The notes beneath the pieces are model-generated. The model was not told where the DNA came from. It worked only from the letters and a program-made list of their open reading frames with translations, and did no database searches. Source: Macrostomum lignano (Eukaryota). From it: a DNA stretch of 64,000 nucleotides. Position numbers and translations under genes: made by a program. Below, one piece after another: positions 58,310-64,000 of this stretch; the stretch's first letter is position 1; each line of letters starts with the position of its first letter. The stretch covers positions 62,001 through 126,000 of the forward strand of contig NIVC01000401.1 in the NCBI GenBank assembly GCA_002269645.1, given 5' to 3'.

Positions 58310-59950
58310 CGCAAGAATCGCCCTCAAACCACCGCAAGAATCACCACCCCAAACCAACTCAAGAATCGCCTCAAACCACCGCAAGAATCGCCCTCAAACC
58401 ACCGCAAGAATCACCCCAAACCAACTCAAGAATCGCCTCAAACCACCCCAAGAATCGCCACAAACCACCCCAAGAATCGCCACAAACCACCGCAAAAATC
58501 GCCTCAAACCACCGCAAGAATCGCCTCAAACCACCGCAAGAATCGCCCTCAAACCAACGCAAGAATCACCCCAAACCAACTCAAGAATCGCCTCAAACCA
58601 CCGCAAGAATCGCCCTCAAACCACCGCAAGAATCACCCCAAACCAACTCAAGAATCGCCCCAAACCACCGCGAGAATCGCCCCCAAACCACCCTAAAAAT
58701 CACCACAAACCACCCTAAAAATCACCACAAACCACCCCAAGAATCGCCTCAAACCACCCCAAGAATCGCCACAAACCAACTCAAGAATCGCCACAAACCA
58801 ACTCAAGAATCGCCTCAAACCACCGCAAGAATCGCCACAAACCACCCAAAGAATCGCCACAAACCAACTCAAGAATCGCTTCAAACCACCGCAAGAATCG
58901 CCACAAACCACCCCAAGAATCGCCACAAACCAACTCAAGAATCGCCACAAATTAACTCAAGAATCGCCACAAACCACCCCAAGAATCGCCACAAACCACC
59001 CCAAGAATCGCCACAAACCAACTCAAGAATCGCCTCAAACCACCGCAAGAATCGCCACAAACCACCCAAAGAATCGCCACAAACCAACTCAAGAATCGCT
59101 TCAAACCACCCCAAGAATCGCCACAAACCACCCCAAGAATCGCCACAAACCAACTCAAGAATCGCCACAGACCACCGCAAGAATCGCCACAAACCACCCA
59201 AAGAATCGCCACAAACCAACTCAAGAATCGCCACAAACCAACTCAAGAATCGCCACAAACCACCCAAAGAATCGCCACAAACCAACGCAAGAATCGCTTC
59301 AAACCACCCCAAGAATCGCCACAAACCACCCCAAGAATCGCCACAAACCACCCCAAGAATCGCCACAAACCACCGCAAGAATCGCCACAAACCAACTCAA
59401 GAATCGCCTCAAACCACCCCAAGAATCGCCACAAACCACTCCAAGAATCGCCACAAACCAACTCAAGAATCGCCACAGACCACCGCAAGAATCGCCACAA
59501 ACCACCCAAAGAATCGCCACAAACCAACTCAAGAATCGCCACAAACCAACTCAAGAATCGCCACAAACCACCCAAAGAATCGCCACAAACCAACGCAAGA
59601 ATCGCTTCAAACCACCCCAAGAATCGCCACAAACCACCCCAAGAATCGCCACAAACCACCCCAAGAATCGCCACAAACCACCGCAAGAATCGCCACAAAC
59701 CAACTCAAGAATCGCCTCAAACCACCCCAAGAATCGCCACAAACCACCCCAAGAATCGCCACAAACCACCCCAAGAATCGCCACAAACCACCCCAAGAAT
59801 CGCCACAAATTAACTCAAGAATCGCCACAAACCACCCCAAGAATCGCCACAAACCACGGCAAGAATCGCCACAAATTACCCCAAGAATCGCCACAAACCA
59901 CCGCAAGAATCGCCACAAACCACCCCAAAAATCACCACAAACCACCGCAA
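58310..59950. repeat. 22-bp minisatellite (CCACCCCAAGAATCGCCACAAA)
   Basis: About 75 copies; the core is the reverse complement of the 23940-25500 core GGCGATTCTTGGGG. Confidence 0.95.
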
Positions 59951-60456
59951 GAATGTGCCATAGTTGTCCCGCCTAGCAGCCGACTGACCCCCAATTATTG
60001 CGCTTGTATTTCACAACGGCAACTAGAATAAAAAAACGGCATGAACCCGCCAGTGCGCACCAATCCTAATGAGAAGTGAGGGATCTGTGCAAGCTCCAAT
60101 CGGATGAAAAAGACAGTTTAGCGCGGAGCGAGAAAAATTGCTCTTTTGCATTGACTGGCAAAAGGCGTCGGCAAAGAAGGAGGGCCGCATCTGCTTCAGG
60201 CTTCGGGCGGCAAACATGAGAGAAATCGGACGACGGGTGGGGCGTCCGGGCGGCGCGACTGACTGAGACAGCTGGCGGCGGTGGGCTGCATCAATTTCGT
60301 CCATCCTGATCCCCTCCCCACTCCATGCGCGGCTTTCATCCCATCTAGATCCATTCATTCAGTTCCATTCCATTCATCGCATAAATTCTCCTTCTTCTCC
60401 GAGCTGTCTCAGAGATGGCGGCGGCGGCTGTGCTCACACAGAGATGCAGACGGACG

Positions 60457-60487
<31 letters not shown>

Positions 60488-60620
60488 AGGCCTCGGACCA
60501 GGAACTGGAGTCACAACTCTCAATTGAACTAATTTAAAAGAAAATAAAGAAATAATTAAGATTTCAATATCTCGGTTTAAACCTAGATCACTGCCGGACT
60601 GGGAGAAGGGGCAATACTCG

Positions 60621-61198
60621 CAGGGGCGTCGCCACCGGGGGACAGGGGGGACATGTCCCCCACCAGTAAAAGCTATGGGGGTACTCCCTCCCAACCCCAC
60701 CTTGTGACCCATTGTGAAAATCAATAGTTTTGCTAATGCAAAATAAAGCGCATTTGGCGCCAAAATGAGTGTCTGCGGCACCAAAATGAGTGTCAGCAGT
60801 GCCAAAATGAGTGCCTGCCCATGGCGCCAAAATGAGTGCCTGCCCATGGCGCCAAAAGGAGTGCCTGCTCGTGGCGCCAAAAGGAGTGCCTGCTCGTGGC
60901 GCCAAAAGGAGTGCCTGCCCATGGCACCAAAATGAGTGCCTGCCCATGGCGCCAAAAGGAGTGCCTGCCCATGGCGCCAAAATGAGTGCCTGCCCATGGC
61001 GCCAAAAGGAGTGCCTGCCCATGGCACCAAAATGAGTGCCTGCCCATGGCGCCAAAAGGAGTGCCTGCCCATGGCACCAAAATGAGTGCTAACAACACCG
61101 ATTCTCAAAATAATGTACATGTAGGAATTTAGTCATGTACATGAGAAATTCTTGGCTTTGTCCCTCCCCCCACCATAAAATCCATGGCGACGCCCCTG
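60621..61198. mobile_element. Non-autonomous TIR element (578 bp) containing an internal 25-bp tandem array
   Basis: Perfect 14-bp TIR CAGGGGCGTCGCCA / TGGCGACGCCCCTG; internal array ATGGCGCCAAAAGGAGTGCCTGCCC (about 14 copies, 60755-61090); no TSD match found. Confidence 0.75.
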
Positions 61199-62019
61199 GG
61201 GAGGTCCAAGTGCCCCCGCTACATCTAGTAAACTTTTCTGAATCAATTTTTTATGTCCAATTTCGACAAAATCCTTATTTTAAACCCGAGGAACTGACGG
61301 ATTTGAAATGATTTGAATGGTTTAAAAAGCCGTACGAGCCGTTATTTACTGTGTCCAGCTTCTATCTCGAGATCTTTTTGAATCCTCAAGGACGCCAGGC
61401 GCGCACAAGCGAGAGAGAGAGAAAAGGAAGAAAAAGGCAGAGAAAAATGAAATAAGGAAGTTTGCACTGCGAGCTGTCTCTCCCCCCCCCCCGGTATACT
61501 CCGCCCAGCTCAAACTGGCTGTCTTCCTCACAGCAAAATACGGCTTTTTATTCCATTTCTCCCGTCTCGTATTGAGCCGAAATTGAGTCTGAGTGAGCAA
61601 TTGCGGTTGGGCGGTCGGCTTAAAAAGAAAGAGCTGAGGAGGGGCGTCTGCCAGCAATTTCTAAGCACTGCAGCGCTGCTGGCTGAGCCCACAAAAGACA
61701 ACTTCCTCCCTCCATTTTTTCCTCATCCGATCTTCGCATCCCCCAGTTTGGGGGGGGGGGAGTTGCCGTCTCCTGCCGCGGCAAGCTCTGCAGCAGTCGG
61801 CTGGCAACAAAGGAAAAGAGGAAAAGGAAGGATTGCGGAACCGGACCTGGGAGTTTGGGGAGTTGGGGGTTGGCTATGCGGTTCGATCGATAATTTCATT
61901 TTCAGAGTTTGAACAGATCGAACGGGAGAAGGTTCTGCTTCTGCCCGAGGTTAGCGGCTATTCTGGTCACAAGCACATGGGTGAGGAGAGAGCAGTGCGT
62001 GAAACAGTCTGATCACTCA

Positions 62020-62240
62020 TGCAGGGAGTGCAGTGTGACAATCTGGTCACTCAAGCATGGAGTGCAGTGTGACAATCTGGTCACTCAAGCAGGGAGTGCA
62101 GTGTGACAATCTGGTCACTCAAGCAGGGAGTGCAGTGTGACAATCTGGTCACTCAAGCAGGGAGTGCAGTGTGACAATCTGGTCACTCAAGCAGGGAGTG
62201 CAGTGTGACAATCTGGTCACTCAAGCAGGGAGTGCAGTGT
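62020..62240. repeat. 34-bp tandem repeat (GGGAGTGCAGTGTGACAATCTGGTCACTCAAGCA)
   Basis: About 6 copies. Confidence 0.9.
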
Positions 62241-62319
62241 GACAATCTGGTCACTCCAATTGGAGGTTTCGTGTGAAGCAGTCTGGTCTCTCATTCTCAC
62301 ACACGGTAGGCGATCTGGG

Positions 62320-62725
62320 ACCCAGAGTCGATCTGGCATTCGGAGGCGATATGGGATCCTGAGTCGATCTGTCATTCGGAGGCGATATGGGATTCTGAGT
62401 TGATCTGGGATCCTGAGTCGATATGGGATTCTGAGTCGATCTGGGATCCTGAGTCGATATGGGATTCTGAGTCGATCTGGGATCCTGAGTCGATCTGGGA
62501 TTCTTAGTCGATTTGGGATCCTGAGTCGATCTGGGATCCTGAGTCGAAATGGGATTCTGAGTCGATCTAGGATCCTGCGTAGATCTGGGATCCTGAGTCG
62601 ATCTGGGATCCTGAGTCGATTTGGGATCCTGAGTCGATCTGGGATCCTGAGTCGATCTGGGATCCTGAGTCGATCTGGGATTCTTAGTCGATTTGGGATC
62701 CTGAGTCGATCTGGGATCCTGAGTC
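62320..62725. repeat. 18-bp minisatellite (GAGTCGATCTGGGATCCT)
   Basis: About 22 copies. Confidence 0.9.
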
Positions 62726-63739
62726 CCTAAGCGACTGTAACGGGCGAGTACGAGCTACTTGAGCATAAAAACCTCAGCTTCTGAACTCCATCATTTTTCC
62801 TCACAAGTCGTATAATAGCTTGCAAATAGTTCAAAAGTTAAAAAATAGTTTTAATTGCTTAGCTAAAAATTCAGCTTAACAAAATTTTTTTTCGCAAACT
62901 GTTGAAATGAATTCTCGATTTTTTTTCGGTACCAATTTCAAAAAAATCTCACCCATGATCTGCTTTAAGCCTGCGCCGCGCCGCCATTGGGTGGTCGAGC
63001 CTGACCTTCTCCACCTTCCTCTCTTAGCACACAACACGCACCTCAGGCACACACACACACCCGACTGCTGCACTGCGCAGTGCTAATATTTTTTCTATAC
63101 CTTTTAACGGTTGCCGCCGCCCGCCAGCAGGGGGTCGCCTTTTTGCCCCACAAGAGGGACGCCCAACACCAACCCCCCCCCCAACACCGCCGCCGCCGCC
63201 CTCACCTCGCCCGCCTTCCACCTTCCAGGTGCAAGCGGCATCTCTCTTTTTTCTTCTTTTTTCTTCTTTCTCTCCTGTCTGTTCTTCTCGTCTTTCCTGT
63301 CGGTCGCCTCAAATTTGCTGATCCTGCACTGCACACGAGGAGGCATAAGAAATATGAAAGAAAAAAACACAGTGGTGCTGAGTCTCTCTCTCTCCACTTA
63401 CTCTGGCGGATCCTTCTGCTTTGCCACGTCTTGGGCCGTTGCTCTCCAGTTGAAAAAGCCTCATTAGACTTAAACCGCTCCGCTCCGCCCCTCTACACTG
63501 CTACTGCTGCTGCTGACCATTCTCTGCGTTATAGACAGGCTGGGTGTGTCAGGCATCTTACATTTGAAGTTCGGTTTCAATCTTTTATTCATTATACAGA
63601 AGCTAGAACCCGCGACTTCTAGAGATAATCACCGCTATGGATGCTAGTTCGTATTTTTAGGAGTCCCTGCCAGAACCCCGCCTTCTGTTTTTCTTAGGCC
63701 TTTATTTCTTGGAAAAAATTTAAAGGCTTCATTTAAATC

Positions 63740-64000
63740 CGCCCCCCCTTCAGCAAGCTTGGCGCCCCCCCTCCTTTTCAGCAAGCTTGGCGCCCCCCCC
63801 CTTTTCAGCAAGCTTGGCGCCCCCCCCCTTCAGCAAGCTTGGCGCCCCCCCCCCTTTCAGCAAGCTTGGCGCCCCCCCTTTTCAGCAAGCTTGGCACCCC
63901 CCCTTTTTAGCAGGCTTGGCCCCCATTTTTCAGCAAGCTTGGCGCCCCCCCCTTTTCAGCAGGCTTGGCGCCCCCCCCCTTTCAGCAAGCTTGGCGCCCC
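63740..64000. repeat. Approximately 24-bp minisatellite (TTTCAGCAAGCTTGGCGCCCCCCC), truncated by window end
   Basis: About 11 copies with variable C and T runs. Confidence 0.9.

Noticed and set aside
18478-62725. CRISPR-like appearance of regularly spaced 27-41-bp repeats
   Set aside because: Units are contiguous with no unique spacers, there are no cas genes, and the context is eukaryotic.
60000-63650. Short ORFs in the GC-rich region near the window end
   Set aside because: No recognisable domains or consistent splice structure; probably promoter or UTR of a gene outside the window.

Overview
Eukaryotic (metazoan, intron-containing) genomic DNA. GC-rich exons, short canonical GT-AG introns and dense minisatellites resemble a free-living flatworm such as Macrostomum (inference only). 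Nine protein-coding genes can be reconstructed by hand: a 5'-truncated MAP3K2/3-like kinase (+), LTV1 (+), a THAP-domain protein (-), an atypical dual-specificity phosphatase (+), OTUD6B/Otu2 (-), RPS23 (-), a 10-exon phosphatidylserine synthase PTDSS1 (-), USP12/46 (+) and an effector caspase (+). About 27 kb (roughly 40%) of the window is about 30 different minisatellite arrays with 10-41 bp units; these explain most long ORFs in the supplied track. Mobile elements are two non-autonomous hAT-type elements with exact 8-bp target-site duplications, a TIR element carrying an internal array of E2F-like sites, a tRNA-headed SINE and several palindromic MITE-like pieces. Most notable: (i) 10 of 19 introns are minimal-size introns inflated by their own private minisatellite; (ii) a CpG-retaining bidirectional PTDSS1/USP12-46 promoter is flanked by two strongly CpG-depleted, AT-rich, array-free 5' gene-body domains; (iii) RPS23 and OTUD6B form an operon-like pair near LTV1, all three 40S-related; (iv) a 2112-nt stop-free, in-frame intron splits the caspase QACRG motif. 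Coordinates, copy numbers and counts were read by eye; array edges are approximate.
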